Source of the DNA: Escherichia phage VEc33
Sequence record: NC_048818.1
Strand: one strand, 5' to 3'
DNA length: 64,000 bases
The notes under the pieces are model-generated. The model was not told where the DNA came from. It saw nothing but the letters and a program-made list of their open reading frames with translations, and did no database searches. Position numbers and translations under genes: made by a program. Shown here piece by piece: positions 9,628-19,694 of this stretch; the first letter of the stretch is position 1; each line of letters starts with the position of its first letter.

Positions 9628-10228
9628 GTGCAAATCCGACATTTGCCCCCATGGGTTACGCGTGGGCATGTATGTGCAAATCCGACAATTTTTGGTAGTG
9701 TGCAAATCCGACCCGAAAAATTTTTATAGTGTGCAAATCCGACAACGAATTTTCCCAAAAACTCCAGCAATCACGAACTGCGTTCGAATCCTGTGGAATT
9801 AGCTAGAGTATGTGCAAATCCGACATGTGTTGAGCTATGCGAATCCGACAAGATTTTTGTGACTTCGATTGGAGGGTGTGTGATTGTATAAGTTTGAGGA
9901 GAAGATGAGAGAGCGAGAGAAATTTTGGGACTAGAAGGATGTGGGCGCAGGATTGGTGCGGAGCACCTGATTTGCGTGGATTTTGGGGAAGAGTTGAGAT
10001 AATTTGGGAAGATTTGAGATAGGCGCAGAAAAAGTAAAATTTTATTAGCAAAATGGCGCAAAATAGCTTGACAAGTGAAAATTCTTGTGGCTCTAAAAAC
10101 TCAGGCAATCATGGGCCTTCGGCCCGAAATAATGCTGCTATTTTCAGGAGAGTAAGAGTTCCTAAAAACTTAGGCGTTTGTGCAAATCCGACCATAAATT
10201 TCTAGAATATCAATGTGCAAATCCGACA
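9628..10228. repeat. about 8 dispersed direct repeats of GTGCAAATCCGACA
   Basis: Copies at 9628, 9674, 9699, 9731, 9812, 9837 (variant), 10180, 10215; irregular spacing. Confidence 0.6.
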
Positions 10229-10254
10229 GTAATTTCTAGAAATGTGTTTTCGAA

Positions 10255-10355
10255 AAATGTCTCCTAGAAATAACCGCCCTCCCTATAACCGCCCTATATT
10301 AACCGCCTAGTATATGCTCCTAGAAACTTAGGAGAACCGCCCTAGAAAGAGGGAG
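10255..10355. repeat. short tandem-like repeats of AACCGCCCT / CCTAGAAA
   Basis: AACCGCC(C)T four times and CTAGAAA four times within 100 bp. Confidence 0.45.
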
Positions 10356-10680
10356 TATTTCGTGAGAACTCTGGAGTTTCTAGGAAAGTGTTGTGTCATC
10401 CTAGCAGATGAGCGGCAACAGGTGTATCATCTTGAACACAGATATTGCCTTTAAATATTATAAGGTAAATTAAAAGTAAAGTAGCCCCCATTACATGTGT
10501 GCTTACTCGTGGGGCGCGTGATTAATTACGTAAGTCCTCGACTGTCATACCCCTGTTGCTCGGTCGCAAAGAGTTAACGAAGTCTCGTGTAATAATCATC
10601 GCCCCTAGAGTTCAAAACAAAAGTTGTTTTTAATCTATGTGATTATTATAACATGCAGATGGATGAACGTCAAGTAACGT

Positions 10681-11391
10681 TTATTCTTTTACTTTGGCTT
10701 TGAGTTTGATACCAAGAGATGCGAAGTAGATATAAGTTGCTAAATAGGACATAGCAGATCCTGTCTCTTCGTAAGAGAGAGTTCCTTTCACGTACCTCTT
10801 ATATTCTGGCTCTAGATTAATAATCGTAGTACTTGGCAATCCTAGCGAATTACATAATGATTTGAATGTTTCTTTATCTCTATGAATCGCATAGTGAATG
10901 GCTTTTTCTGTAGGAGTTAATTCTAGATCTTTGGTAATGGCTACGTGCAAACTCGCTATAGTCATGCCAATTCCACGATACGTTTCCTCCTTATTAAGAG
11001 AAGGTTTCTGTTTCTCTAACTCAGGAAGATGTGCAAATTCTCCCTTCTTTCTCGGAATCTTATCATCACTAAGTAATGCTGTTAAGAAATCTGTTTCTTC
11101 ATAGGCTGGGAGCACTTCATCAATCAATACTAGAATAGAACTAGCATTGATACCTTTCGCACTAGGATCTAAAGATTTTAATGCTTTATTAGTTTCAACG
11201 TAGGAGCCTGCTAATACTACCTTAGAGCTATTCCTATCATATTTAATTTTATTAGCTTCCCAACGTGCAGGACGATAATCAGATAGAAACATTACCGCAT
11301 ATTTTTGTTCATCTGTTAGCTCGGAGAAACATTTCTGGTTTGATTCTTTTGCTAGCGCAATAAGGTGCTTTAGTTTTTCTGCTTTATTCAT
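10681..11391 (-). CDS. hypothetical protein (236 aa)
   Basis: Long ORF; first of the AT-rich leftward early block. Confidence 0.55.
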   Translation of the reverse strand: MNKAEKLKHLIALAKESNQKCFSELTDEQKYAVMFLSDYRPARWEANKIKYDRNSSKVVLAGSYVETNKALKSLDPSAKGINASSILVLIDEVLPAYEETDFLTALLSDDKIPRKKGEFAHLPELEKQKPSLNKEETYRGIGMTIASLHVAITKDLELTPTEKAIHYAIHRDKETFKSLCNSLGLPSTTIINLEPEYKRYVKGTLSYEETGSAMSYLATYIYFASLGIKLKAKVKE

Positions 11392-11393
11392 TG

Positions 11394-11783
11394 TTAAACC
11401 TCCTGAGCTTTATCTTCTGTATAGAAATCTTCGGTAGCTTGATAATGTAATGTAAAGAATTCAAAAGACAGGCAATCTGATGCTGTCTTTTGAATGTATC
11501 TTAATTCATTAATAAAGGATTCCTTGAAGATCTTACGGTTAGGTTTTAGTTCTATCAGTTGGTTAATAAGCTCATCGATTAATTCTACTGCATCATCTAT
11601 ATAATCAACCTCAAAGACCGGGGATTCATAGATTATTTCCTCAACTCCGTTAGTAACTAAAGCGACTACAATTACCTCTCCAGTAGTTTCTTCAGGATAA
11701 AGATAACCTGCATCTACTTTACGAACAGTAACACGAGTTTGGCTAGTAATTTGACGATTTATAGCAATAATATAATGTAACAT
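11394..11783 (-). CDS. hypothetical protein (129 aa)
   Basis: ORF 3 nt from its neighbour (coupled). Confidence 0.5.
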   Translation of the reverse strand: MLHYIIAINRQITSQTRVTVRKVDAGYLYPEETTGEVIVVALVTNGVEEIIYESPVFEVDYIDDAVELIDELINQLIELKPNRKIFKESFINELRYIQKTASDCLSFEFFTLHYQATEDFYTEDKAQEV

Positions 11784-11854
11784 AAATTCTCCTAATATGC
11801 CTCTCCTATTAAAAGGTCTGGAGAGGCGTAGACCTATAAATTAGTTAACGATCT

Positions 11855-12469
11855 TTATTGATCTTTTTTACTCTCGTTAATAGCAGCTCCCAATGCCTCC
11901 ATAATAGCATCCTCTAAACTTCCATGTTTACCAGGATTATTAAAATGAATAGTACAAACAGAACTCCTAGAAACTCCAGAGTCCCCAGGTGCTACGCTTT
12001 TCATGTCAGATTCAAAAGCTTCTTGGGTATGTTGCAGCTGTACAGAAGGGCCGTAATCTTCACCAAACTTATATGACTTCGTACTACTTACCACACCACC
12101 ACAAGGAACATTGTGCATATCCGACATTAATCTTTTATCGGAGTTATTCAGCATTGAGATTGTCCCTGACTGCCACGGATCTCTAATAGTCACTGGGGTA
12201 CTGGGACGATTTACCTCAGTCTTCACAAGTTTGTACCCTGCATCGATCAGTGCATTAATCAGGTTATCCGCCGGGATGCGAGCCGTACCAAAAATCTTAC
12301 GAGCGTCCTCGAGCTTACCTTCAAGATCTTTACATGCTCTAAGGTCAGTGTGTGCAAATGTTAGCTTCATAGATTTGAATTGTACAGTAGCAGTCAAATC
12401 TTTAAAGCTATAATCCCATGTGTTCAGTTCATGGTCTGGTACTACTTGAATAGATTGTTGTGTAAACAT
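11855..12469 (-). CDS. hypothetical protein (204 aa)
   Basis: Long ORF with RBS. Confidence 0.55.
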   Translation of the reverse strand: MFTQQSIQVVPDHELNTWDYSFKDLTATVQFKSMKLTFAHTDLRACKDLEGKLEDARKIFGTARIPADNLINALIDAGYKLVKTEVNRPSTPVTIRDPWQSGTISMLNNSDKRLMSDMHNVPCGGVVSSTKSYKFGEDYGPSVQLQHTQEAFESDMKSVAPGDSGVSRSSVCTIHFNNPGKHGSLEDAIMEALGAAINESKKDQ

Positions 12470-12654
12470 TATTTATTCTCCAGTTTGTCTAACAGTTTAT
12501 GGGCTGCTAGGTTATATTGCTCAAGTTCACGATTAAGGATTTGGTTTTCACACTTTAGCTCTAGATTCTTATTATTAAGAATATTGCAGATCAGTAGAAG
12601 TGCTAATATAACTAGCAAGGAACCTACGAGCATTAAAATAAAAAGAGTTTCCAT
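12469..12654 (-). CDS. small membrane protein (61 aa)
   Basis: N-terminal TM helix then coiled coil; start/stop overlap with neighbours. Confidence 0.4.
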   Translation of the reverse strand: METLFILMLVGSLLVILALLLICNILNNKNLELKCENQILNRELEQYNLAAHKLLDKLENK

Positions 12655-12887
12655 TATTTAATTCCCATATAACGTTTGAGATATATGATGAAGTCTTCTG
12701 CTGTATGCTCTACGCTACCTTGAGCTACAAATAGCTTGAGGGCTTCACGTTGTAGTTTAAGAGCAGCCAACTCACCACGTAATTTTATTAGATCTTCTAC
12801 TAGTTCTCTAGCTCTACGCATAATAGCAAAAGATACAAGTACTACGATGAATAACATAACTACTAAAATAATTGCTATGATTTCCAT
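12654..12887 (-). CDS. small membrane protein (77 aa)
   Basis: N-terminal TM helix; coupled. Confidence 0.4.
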   Translation of the reverse strand: MEIIAIILVVMLFIVVLVSFAIMRRARELVEDLIKLRGELAALKLQREALKLFVAQGSVEHTAEDFIIYLKRYMGIK

Positions 12888-13165
12888 ATTAACATCCAGC
12901 TTTTATCGTATATTTGGGCATGTTCTACTAATTCGTTTATTGATGTAGAATTATCGTAGATACCCTCTAGTAAACGTTTTCTGTCAAATTTATCAACCAA
13001 ATACTCTGTGCCATTTATCACTACCCTATACAGCTCTGGAACTAAGGGGTGTTTGTTTGGTATTGGACGACTACCTAAGTCTATTTCGTTTTTACCCCAT
13101 TCTGTGTTAAATAGTTTGTTACTAAGTGCTGCTAGTGGGTTTGACCATACAATATAGCTACTCAC
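12875..13165 (-). CDS. hypothetical protein (96 aa)
   Basis: ORF with overlapping start/stop. Confidence 0.45.
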   Translation of the reverse strand: MSSYIVWSNPLAALSNKLFNTEWGKNEIDLGSRPIPNKHPLVPELYRVVINGTEYLVDKFDRKRLLEGIYDNSTSINELVEHAQIYDKSWMLIWKS

Positions 13166-13646
13166 TATTTATCTCCATTCTTAGCTTTGAAAACTTATTA
13201 TACCAAACTATATGATTATCGTCAATTACAAATTTATGGTAACATGCTGGTACGGTATAAGTTCCATAATCCGTGACACGCTGCACAACCTTGTGTGCAC
13301 ACAGTCGACAACCATGCCCTTCTAAATGAGATCTAGCAGTTTGCCAGTAATAACCATCATGGTCTGGGCAATAGATCTCGACTTGCTGTTGCATTGTCTT
13401 ATAATTTACACGCTCATACCCGAAGAAAGCTCCATGTGCTGATACTGCTTTCTTGATAAATATAAGGTTTAAGGCTTCTTGTTGAAAATCGGGATGTAGC
13501 TGTTTAATCTTAGTTCTATTAATAGACCCATCTGATTTGATGAACCTATTTATTGGAAAGTTGTTAGCTTCCTCTATTAATAATTCATTTACTTTTTCTC
13601 TCATACTAAATAGTCTCACAGCTAAGGTGGAAACATTCGTAAGCAT
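13158..13646 (-). CDS. hypothetical protein with Cys/His cluster (162 aa)
   Basis: CPDHDGYYWQTARSHLEGHGCRLCAH motif suggests a zinc-binding module. Confidence 0.5.
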   Translation of the reverse strand: MLTNVSTLAVRLFSMREKVNELLIEEANNFPINRFIKSDGSINRTKIKQLHPDFQQEALNLIFIKKAVSAHGAFFGYERVNYKTMQQQVEIYCPDHDGYYWQTARSHLEGHGCRLCAHKVVQRVTDYGTYTVPACYHKFVIDDNHIVWYNKFSKLRMEINSE

Positions 13647-13809
13647 CTCCAGTAAACTCTTTATCTTGTAGTAAACACTTAGCCTGGTCTTCCGGTACTC
13701 CAGTATCTAATAGTTGTTGTTTACTTGGCTTTTCAGCAAATACCTTTACAAAATACTCGCCATCCTGATTATACTCATTTATATCTCTAGTAAGGACATA
13801 TACTTGCAT
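13606..13809 (-). CDS. hypothetical protein (67 aa)
   Basis: ORF with RBS; hairpin terminator-like element at about 13825-13860 upstream. Confidence 0.4.
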   Translation of the reverse strand: MQVYVLTRDINEYNQDGEYFVKVFAEKPSKQQLLDTGVPEDQAKCLLQDKEFTGDAYECFHLSCETI

Positions 13810-13865
13810 TTGAAGTTCCTTGAAAACATAAAAGGCCAGAACAATTAAGTCCTGGCCTCCTAAAA

Positions 13866-14238
13866 TTAATGAAGTTGTTTACCACTTCTTAACATAGTGG
13901 CCGTTTCCATAAGACCTAGCGTAGCATCACGCTTATTGATCTGTTTACCAAGTTCATCAGTACGTTTACTGATGTAAGCATTAATAGCCATATTCATAGC
14001 TGTAGCGAGATCTTCTTTGGTTATCTCTTCATCGTCTAAAGCTAATTTAGCCAAAGAATCAAATGTGCTAGAGAGTCCTATAAGATCTGAGGTTTCTCCA
14101 GCCAAAATAGGATTAATATTATCTACTGTTACTTCTAGCATGGAGTTGACAATATCTTCACCGTCTATTAGACCAGTTTCAATATTACTCTCCCACTCCT
14201 TCATCTGCTCCAATAATGGATTTTTCTTTTCTGTCATG
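13866..14238 (-). CDS. hypothetical acidic protein (about 124 aa from the internal Met at 14238)
   Basis: The six-frame ORF runs to 14303, but the start at 14238 (MTEKKNPLL) reduces overlap with the upstream gene. Confidence 0.4.
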
Positions 14239-14646
14239 GTAGAGGTTTCCTGTATCTGTGGGTAAGAAGGATGATTGTGTCTTAGGAGGATGTTGCTTAG
14301 CAATCCAGTTAAGAATCAGCACGCGACTAGGAACAATATCGGTGTTATACCAAAAATCGTGAACCCATTGACGAGCATCTTCAAACTTACCAAATTTATA
14401 CGCTTTCTTAAATAATTCAAATCCAAAACAATCTGGTGTAAAGTCTACTTCGCGATATTGAACTACCTTAGAACCTGTTAAGTCTTGGATCGCTGCATTA
14501 ATTTCTGTATGCGAGAATTTTGTTTCATGAAACTTATTAAAGAATCGGTAGTTGAAGCGTCCGTTCGTTTCGACAAACAACTGGATGAAAAGATCGTTAA
14601 ATTGGCTATCAAACCAGTAATTCTGTAGTTGTTGTAGTGCTGTCAT
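14185..14646 (-). CDS. hypothetical protein (153 aa)
   Basis: Long ORF, aromatic-rich. Confidence 0.5.
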   Translation of the reverse strand: MTALQQLQNYWFDSQFNDLFIQLFVETNGRFNYRFFNKFHETKFSHTEINAAIQDLTGSKVVQYREVDFTPDCFGFELFKKAYKFGKFEDARQWVHDFWYNTDIVPSRVLILNWIAKQHPPKTQSSFLPTDTGNLYHDRKEKSIIGADEGVGE

Positions 14647-14843
14647 TTACGAACTCCGTTAATTGCCATAATGATGCCTTCGTACATAAAAGGAAGTAAC
14701 CCAGAAGTGTAAAATATATTTTCCGTTACTCCTAGATGTCGAAAAAGTATATTAAATAATGCTGTTAGAAATACAATCTGAGGCAGTAATACAAAATACT
14801 CAGTTACAATCTTTGGTGTCTGATAAACAAGACGTTTTATCAT
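14643..14843 (-). CDS. small membrane protein (66 aa)
   Basis: Hydrophobic core; overlapping start/stop. Confidence 0.4.
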   Translation of the reverse strand: MIKRLVYQTPKIVTEYFVLLPQIVFLTALFNILFRHLGVTENIFYTSGLLPFMYEGIIMAINGVRK

Positions 14844-14942
14844 TGTTTTTAAGTCTCCTTATTACTTTGGCCTGCTCCACAATAATGAAAACTGCTAGCA
14901 CTAACAATGCTATTAGCCCAGCAGTAATTGGTGCTAAATCAA

Positions 14943-15320
14943 TCATGGTAGACGCCATACATAATTAGCTGTCTGTAGAACTTCGGAAACACCATCATGT
15001 TGCATCACTACAGACGTTGGAGAGTAACTATTCGCCAGTTCTGTACGAACCATCTCACGTTCTTCTCCAGTTTCAATATTTTTAACAACTACCTTCATTT
15101 TGAGAGGTGTCAGTTCAGAGAGCGGTTTCCAAGAGTCCTCAATTGCAATTCCTACCTTTTTCTCGATTACCATGAGAACTTCTAGTGTGTCATCTGGAAT
15201 ACTAATATTATTATTTACAAACTGTAACAGCTCATGCAAAGTATTTAATTCGTTAAAATTAAGTTTCATCTTTAAGAATATCCTCAACCATATCACAGGA
15301 CTGTTGCAATTCGTCAGCAA
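14943..15320 (-). CDS. hypothetical protein (125 aa)
   Basis: ORF. Confidence 0.45.
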   Translation of the reverse strand: MLTNCNSPVIWLRIFLKMKLNFNELNTLHELLQFVNNNISIPDDTLEVLMVIEKKVGIAIEDSWKPLSELTPLKMKVVVKNIETGEEREMVRTELANSYSPTSVVMQHDGVSEVLQTANYVWRLP

Positions 15321-15501
15321 TGCGCTTAATATCGGTCTTTGTTACTTTACCGATTAACATCACCAGTAACATAGAAAGTATAATAAGTGGGACTGGAATA
15401 ACAAATAATGCTACCTTAGCTACATTCTTTGGTGCCCATGTGTGGTACTTAGTAACTAGAACCCCTACCACGATTAGATAAACCGCTAGAATAAACATCA
15501 T
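15259..15501 (-). CDS. small membrane protein (80 aa)
   Basis: Two TM segments. Confidence 0.4.
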   Translation of the reverse strand: MMFILAVYLIVVGVLVTKYHTWAPKNVAKVALFVIPVPLIILSMLLVMLIGKVTKTDIKRIADELQQSCDMVEDILKDET

Positions 15502-15779
15502 TTTTTAATCTCCGTGATTATCTGTGTACGCATTACTTTAGCAGGTAATTTATTATTTCCAATTATTGCTTCTATATTATTTAATTTTTCCTTAAGAATA
15601 TCCGAGCGTCTTTGTGCTAACTCAATATCTTGCTCTTGTTCTAGTAACCGGTGGTGTAGCCCATCATTAGTAATGAGCATACTTTCCATGTTTTTTCGTG
15701 CATTTACAATGCCAATAATTCCACCAATCGCTACTAGCGTAGTAAGAACCAGTAACCCAATAAGAATTTCTGTAATCAT
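15498..15779 (-). CDS. membrane-anchored coiled-coil protein (93 aa)
   Basis: N-terminal TM helix. Confidence 0.45.
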   Translation of the reverse strand: MITEILIGLLVLTTLVAIGGIIGIVNARKNMESMLITNDGLHHRLLEQEQDIELAQRRSDILKEKLNNIEAIIGNNKLPAKVMRTQIITEIKK

Positions 15780-16312
15780 TTATTTAATTCCTCTAAAGTA
15801 GGTAAGAGTTTTGTATGATCAAAAGTTTCTATAACAGCGTTAGACCCATGTAGTTCTAAACGTAGTTCATTAGCTCTTTGAACTGCCAACTCTAAATCTA
15901 AATACCTAAAGTAGCCTCCATGTACTGTAATACTTTCGGCGCTTCTGACCTGGACTCTCCATTGTTGTCGATCTTTTTTCCAGGTAACTCCTAAGTACCC
16001 CGAATTAGATTGAGCGATTTTGCTACGATTATTCTCTTGGGACGTACAATCTTTTAAATTACACCATCTATTATCTTTTCTTATATTATTTAAGTGGTGC
16101 ACTAGATTTGGAATATACCCCTCCATGTACAAAAAGGCTAATCTATGAGCTGCATATCTTTTTCTATTTATTCCAATAAATATATAACCATCCTTATCAG
16201 GACTACCAGCAATACTACCTGCTTTACCCCGTCCCCTACTGACTTTCCTTATAAACTCGCCCGTTTCCGGGCGGTATTCAAATAGCTCTTTTAATCTTTC
16301 TTGTGTTAGCAT
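15776..16312 (-). CDS. HNH homing endonuclease with AP2-like DNA-binding domain (178 aa)
   Basis: HHLNNIRKDNRWCNL...SQENNRSK HNH motif and YLGVTWKK...WRVQV AP2-like segment. Confidence 0.7.
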   Translation of the reverse strand: MLTQERLKELFEYRPETGEFIRKVSRGRGKAGSIAGSPDKDGYIFIGINRKRYAAHRLAFLYMEGYIPNLVHHLNNIRKDNRWCNLKDCTSQENNRSKIAQSNSGYLGVTWKKDRQQWRVQVRSAESITVHGGYFRYLDLELAVQRANELRLELHGSNAVIETFDHTKLLPTLEELNK

Positions 16313-16602
16313 TTTTTCTTTAATTGCTTAATTTCACGCTCAAAGCTAGCTGCTCGGCGTTCTGCCACTGCTTGGTGCTCCTTAGCAAAGCGTGCCTCTT
16401 GTTTTGCTAAGTTAAAGGCCATAGCGTTCTTGTTAAGAGAATCATACATCTTCTTCATCGCCGGAATAGACATTTTCATCAGTTGCCCCTCAAATCCTTG
16501 CATGTCGAGGAGAATTGCTAATACATTGGCCATTTCAGTCTTGGTAAGGTTAGAGGCGTCGAAGTCTTTAGTCATGTTTTCCATTAGAATTTCCTCTCTC
16601 AT
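16306..16602 (-). CDS. hypothetical protein (98 aa)
   Basis: ORF, coupled. Confidence 0.45.
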   Translation of the reverse strand: MREEILMENMTKDFDASNLTKTEMANVLAILLDMQGFEGQLMKMSIPAMKKMYDSLNKNAMAFNLAKQEARFAKEHQAVAERRAASFEREIKQLKKKC

Positions 16603-16662
16603 TAATTTATGGATTTATTATACAGAATTTTAAGGCTTAAAGCAACTGAATTTTTTAATTAC

Positions 16663-17094
16663 TTACCAATCGTTAACAACACCAGAGAACTCAGAAGCAA
16701 AAACTTTTTCAAATTTTTCTGCAATTTCAGGATGATCTTTACAGATCAACTCAATACATGCTTCTGGAGTCATTCCTTCATCTTCAGGATCGCCGTAATA
16801 TTTGTCCCAAAGATCATCAGGGATGATGTGCTCTGCCAAATCTTGGAAAGAGATTAGCTGATAACGTTCTGCTTCCTCGGGGATAAGGATTTCACAAAGA
16901 TCTTTATCTATATCACTACGGTAATCAGCAATTAGTAGGGTATTGCAAGCATGGCACTCCCAGACCATCAAGCGTTCAGAAATAGTATTAGACTTATCCT
17001 GAACGTAAGACTGGAACAAGGTTCGGAAAGTTGCCTTAACTTGTTCAAACTTATCTGCTGCTGCGAAAACTAGGGCTTTATCAACTTTGTTCAT
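16663..17094 (-). CDS. hypothetical acidic protein (143 aa)
   Basis: ORF with RBS and upstream promoter-like motif. Confidence 0.5.
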   Translation of the reverse strand: MNKVDKALVFAAADKFEQVKATFRTLFQSYVQDKSNTISERLMVWECHACNTLLIADYRSDIDKDLCEILIPEEAERYQLISFQDLAEHIIPDDLWDKYYGDPEDEGMTPEACIELICKDHPEIAEKFEKVFASEFSGVVNDW

Positions 17095-17261
17095 TTTTAT
17101 TCCTTCTCATCAATTTATAGAGTAATTATACAGAAACTTAGGCATTTTAGCAAATAAAACTTTTAATTAAAATGCCTAGTCCTGTACCAACAGCAATACA
17201 AATGATTATAAGTATTGCTACTGCTTGTATGATTCGTTTAATAATAGCCTCAGCTATATAC

Positions 17262-17783
17262 TTAGACATTTAACATCCAGCTAGTTTTATCATGAGAAGT
17301 GTACTTACCATTCATGATGTCTTCCAGGCGTACCGGTGATTTTGCATACTCTACACAAACGTTAATATAACGAGGGTCTCCCATTAACTCAAAGTGAGTA
17401 TGTCCGTGTAAGTTCTTCTTGCCTCTTAACTCTTCTGGATGTACTGGAGCATGGGAAAGCCAGAAGTTTTTATATTTAACTAGTGATTGTACGTTATCTA
17501 CAACTCCCACTAAGTCTTTGAAAGATAACCCTTCTCGTTCTAAGTCGTGGTTCCCCAAAACTAATGTAGTTCTAACATTGCTGAAGAGTTTCCCAAACTT
17601 CTCCAAACCATCTCTAGATACAAATGCATCCCCTAAAATATAGAATACTGTACGCTTATCCTTCATGGATGTAATGGTATCCATAATAAATTCATCATGC
17701 TCTTCCATAGTAGAGAAGATTGGTCTGAATTTAGTAATATTTGCATGTCCTAAATGGAGATCACTCCAAAAGCAAACTTTCAT
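17262..17783 (-). CDS. calcineurin-like metallophosphoesterase (173 aa)
   Basis: DLHLGH...GDAF...GNHD...GHTH motifs. Confidence 0.65.
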   Translation of the reverse strand: MKVCFWSDLHLGHANITKFRPIFSTMEEHDEFIMDTITSMKDKRTVFYILGDAFVSRDGLEKFGKLFSNVRTTLVLGNHDLEREGLSFKDLVGVVDNVQSLVKYKNFWLSHAPVHPEELRGKKNLHGHTHFELMGDPRYINVCVEYAKSPVRLEDIMNGKYTSHDKTSWMLNV

Positions 17784-18658
17784 TAAAGAATCCTCTGTAC
17801 ACCACAGCTATCTTCTCGAAGAGTGGTAAATGTTGTGATTTTTCCAGTTTCATCATTAACTTGCGCAACCGTCAACTGCCCGTTGAAAACACCGCCAGTA
17901 TCTAGGTAAACACGATTCTGGTATAAAATAGGGTAAGGTACTCCAGTATGTCCGTGAAACACGAAATCTACCCCACTAACTGGAGGTACTTCTACCATGT
18001 ATTTTTCTTTAAATCCTGCATAACGCTGGAAATACGAGTGTTCCTCGCCATTTTTGGACAAGTGGAAGCCTATTTCTTGGATTACATCTCGATCCCATAA
18101 GTATGGTTCAACATGGTATCCAGGATGGTCATGTGGGTCTTCCTTAGCTGCTTCTACTTGTGCAATAAGGTTATCCCATACTGGGGTTTCTACTTCGTTA
18201 CCACATTCTTTGTACGTAAAAGGTACACCACCATGAACAACACCATACTTCTTGCCACGATGTTTAACAGTTAGGAATACTGGCATTTTTTCAGCCATGT
18301 CTTCGGCAATATTTTTAATTGTATCTGCATCTAGTTCATTCATAGCCCACATACCACCGTTATACATCCAGTTAGCCCAATCTCCCACAATCATAAACTG
18401 GTCGTGGTTTCCACGAACGCTACAAAAACGTGGATTATATAAGAATTTAGCTAAAACTTGTAGGTTCTGCGTGCCTCGATCAATTAAATCTCCCACGCAT
18501 ACAACGCAATCTTTCTTGCCATTATAGCCAGCTAATTGTAGTGCATCTTCTAGTAAATCGTTACATCCATGAATATCACCAACAAAAAATAAGTTAACAT
18601 CATCAGGTACTACTAGTGTTTTATGCACATTAAATTCTTTTTTCATAATTATTCCCAA
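17783..18658 (-). CDS. Ser/Thr protein phosphatase (PPP family) (291 aa)
   Basis: GDIHGC, GDLIDRG, GNHD motifs. Confidence 0.7.
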   Translation of the reverse strand: MGIIMKKEFNVHKTLVVPDDVNLFFVGDIHGCNDLLEDALQLAGYNGKKDCVVCVGDLIDRGTQNLQVLAKFLYNPRFCSVRGNHDQFMIVGDWANWMYNGGMWAMNELDADTIKNIAEDMAEKMPVFLTVKHRGKKYGVVHGGVPFTYKECGNEVETPVWDNLIAQVEAAKEDPHDHPGYHVEPYLWDRDVIQEIGFHLSKNGEEHSYFQRYAGFKEKYMVEVPPVSGVDFVFHGHTGVPYPILYQNRVYLDTGGVFNGQLTVAQVNDETGKITTFTTLREDSCGVQRIL

Positions 18659-18894
18659 ATAACATTTAAAATAGTTGTACCATAGTTATTAGATAGTTTG
18701 AGAGTATAACCCTCTTTATAAATAGCTTTTATGGCCTCATAACTAATTTCATCACGGTTAAACTGCACATAAGAACCACCACATTCTACAGAAGATATAA
18801 TCCGTCTTTTAACGTATCTATACGGTTTCTTTCTGCTCTTGAGAAGAGCAGCTCTATTAACCCTAGCTAAATGTTTTGCTTGCTCTGCTAACAT
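18649..18894 (-). CDS. hypothetical protein (81 aa)
   Basis: ORF, overlapping coupling. Confidence 0.4.
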   Translation of the reverse strand: MLAEQAKHLARVNRAALLKSRKKPYRYVKRRIISSVECGGSYVQFNRDEISYEAIKAIYKEGYTLKLSNNYGTTILNVIWE

Positions 18895-18898
18895 TTAA

Positions 18899-19276
18899 TT
18901 ATCTCCAATGGTTGGTATGTTTTTCGGCCTCTTCATCATTAGGCTCAAATACTACGTGGCAATCTACAGCTTCCCAAAAGGCTTCACGGATTAAGGAGTT
19001 TTTAGCTGAGATATCTAACTCTTCCCACTCTTCCAAAGTCTCTAAGTCTGTATCAACTTCGGTATCACAGCCAACCAAACCCAGAGACACAACAAGAGTA
19101 AGACGATCTTCACGTTCTTCGGGATAAACCTCAGCATACTCCCAAGCAGCTTCTTCAACATAATATTGTTGTTCCTTTTCTGGAAGTGACTTATACTTTT
19201 CTTCTGTAATACCCATCTCAACAGCGCGAGTACCACAAACTACGTTATTATTAATAATTAGATATGCATAGTTCAT
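18899..19276 (-). CDS. hypothetical acidic protein (125 aa)
   Basis: ORF. Confidence 0.45.
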   Translation of the reverse strand: MNYAYLIINNNVVCGTRAVEMGITEEKYKSLPEKEQQYYVEEAAWEYAEVYPEEREDRLTLVVSLGLVGCDTEVDTDLETLEEWEELDISAKNSLIREAFWEAVDCHVVFEPNDEEAEKHTNHWR

Positions 19277-19403
19277 TGGAATACCCCTATTTCTTGTAGT
19301 GCGTAGATAGCCTTCTCATCAATTTATATAAGTATTATACCAAAATTTTTAGCAAAAAGCAAGTAAAATAAAAGCCTGATCCGCTAAGATCAGGCTTGGT
19401 TTA

Positions 19404-19694
19404 TTAATCCTCTGGATTATCATCCAGGAAATTTTTAATAGCTTCGTGCATAGTTTCTTTACGAAGCTGACGTCCAATCAAAATATGATTAGCTTCTACT
19501 CGACCATTAGGTAAGCGATCCGCCAGAACTACTACAGGAACTTGGCGCACACCAAATTTCTGCATTAATTCTGTATTATCAGTCTCTTTATGGATTTCCA
19601 AATTATAGTCACTGACTACTTTATCAAATACTGGCTCAAACATTTTGCAAGGGTTGCAAGTGGAACCTTTCAATAGATATACTAATTTACTCAT
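19404..19694 (-). CDS. thioredoxin/glutaredoxin-like protein (96 aa)
   Basis: CNPC (CxxC) active-site motif near the N-terminus. Confidence 0.6.
   Translation of the reverse strand: MSKLVYLLKGSTCNPCKMFEPVFDKVVSDYNLEIHKETDNTELMQKFGVRQVPVVVLADRLPNGRVEANHILIGRQLRKETMHEAIKNFLDDNPED

Noticed and set aside
9060-10355. Possible CRISPR array suggested by multiple short repeats
   Set aside because: Repeats are of several unrelated families, irregularly spaced, partly palindromic and without uniform spacers or nearby cas genes; they look like protein-binding sites or iterons.
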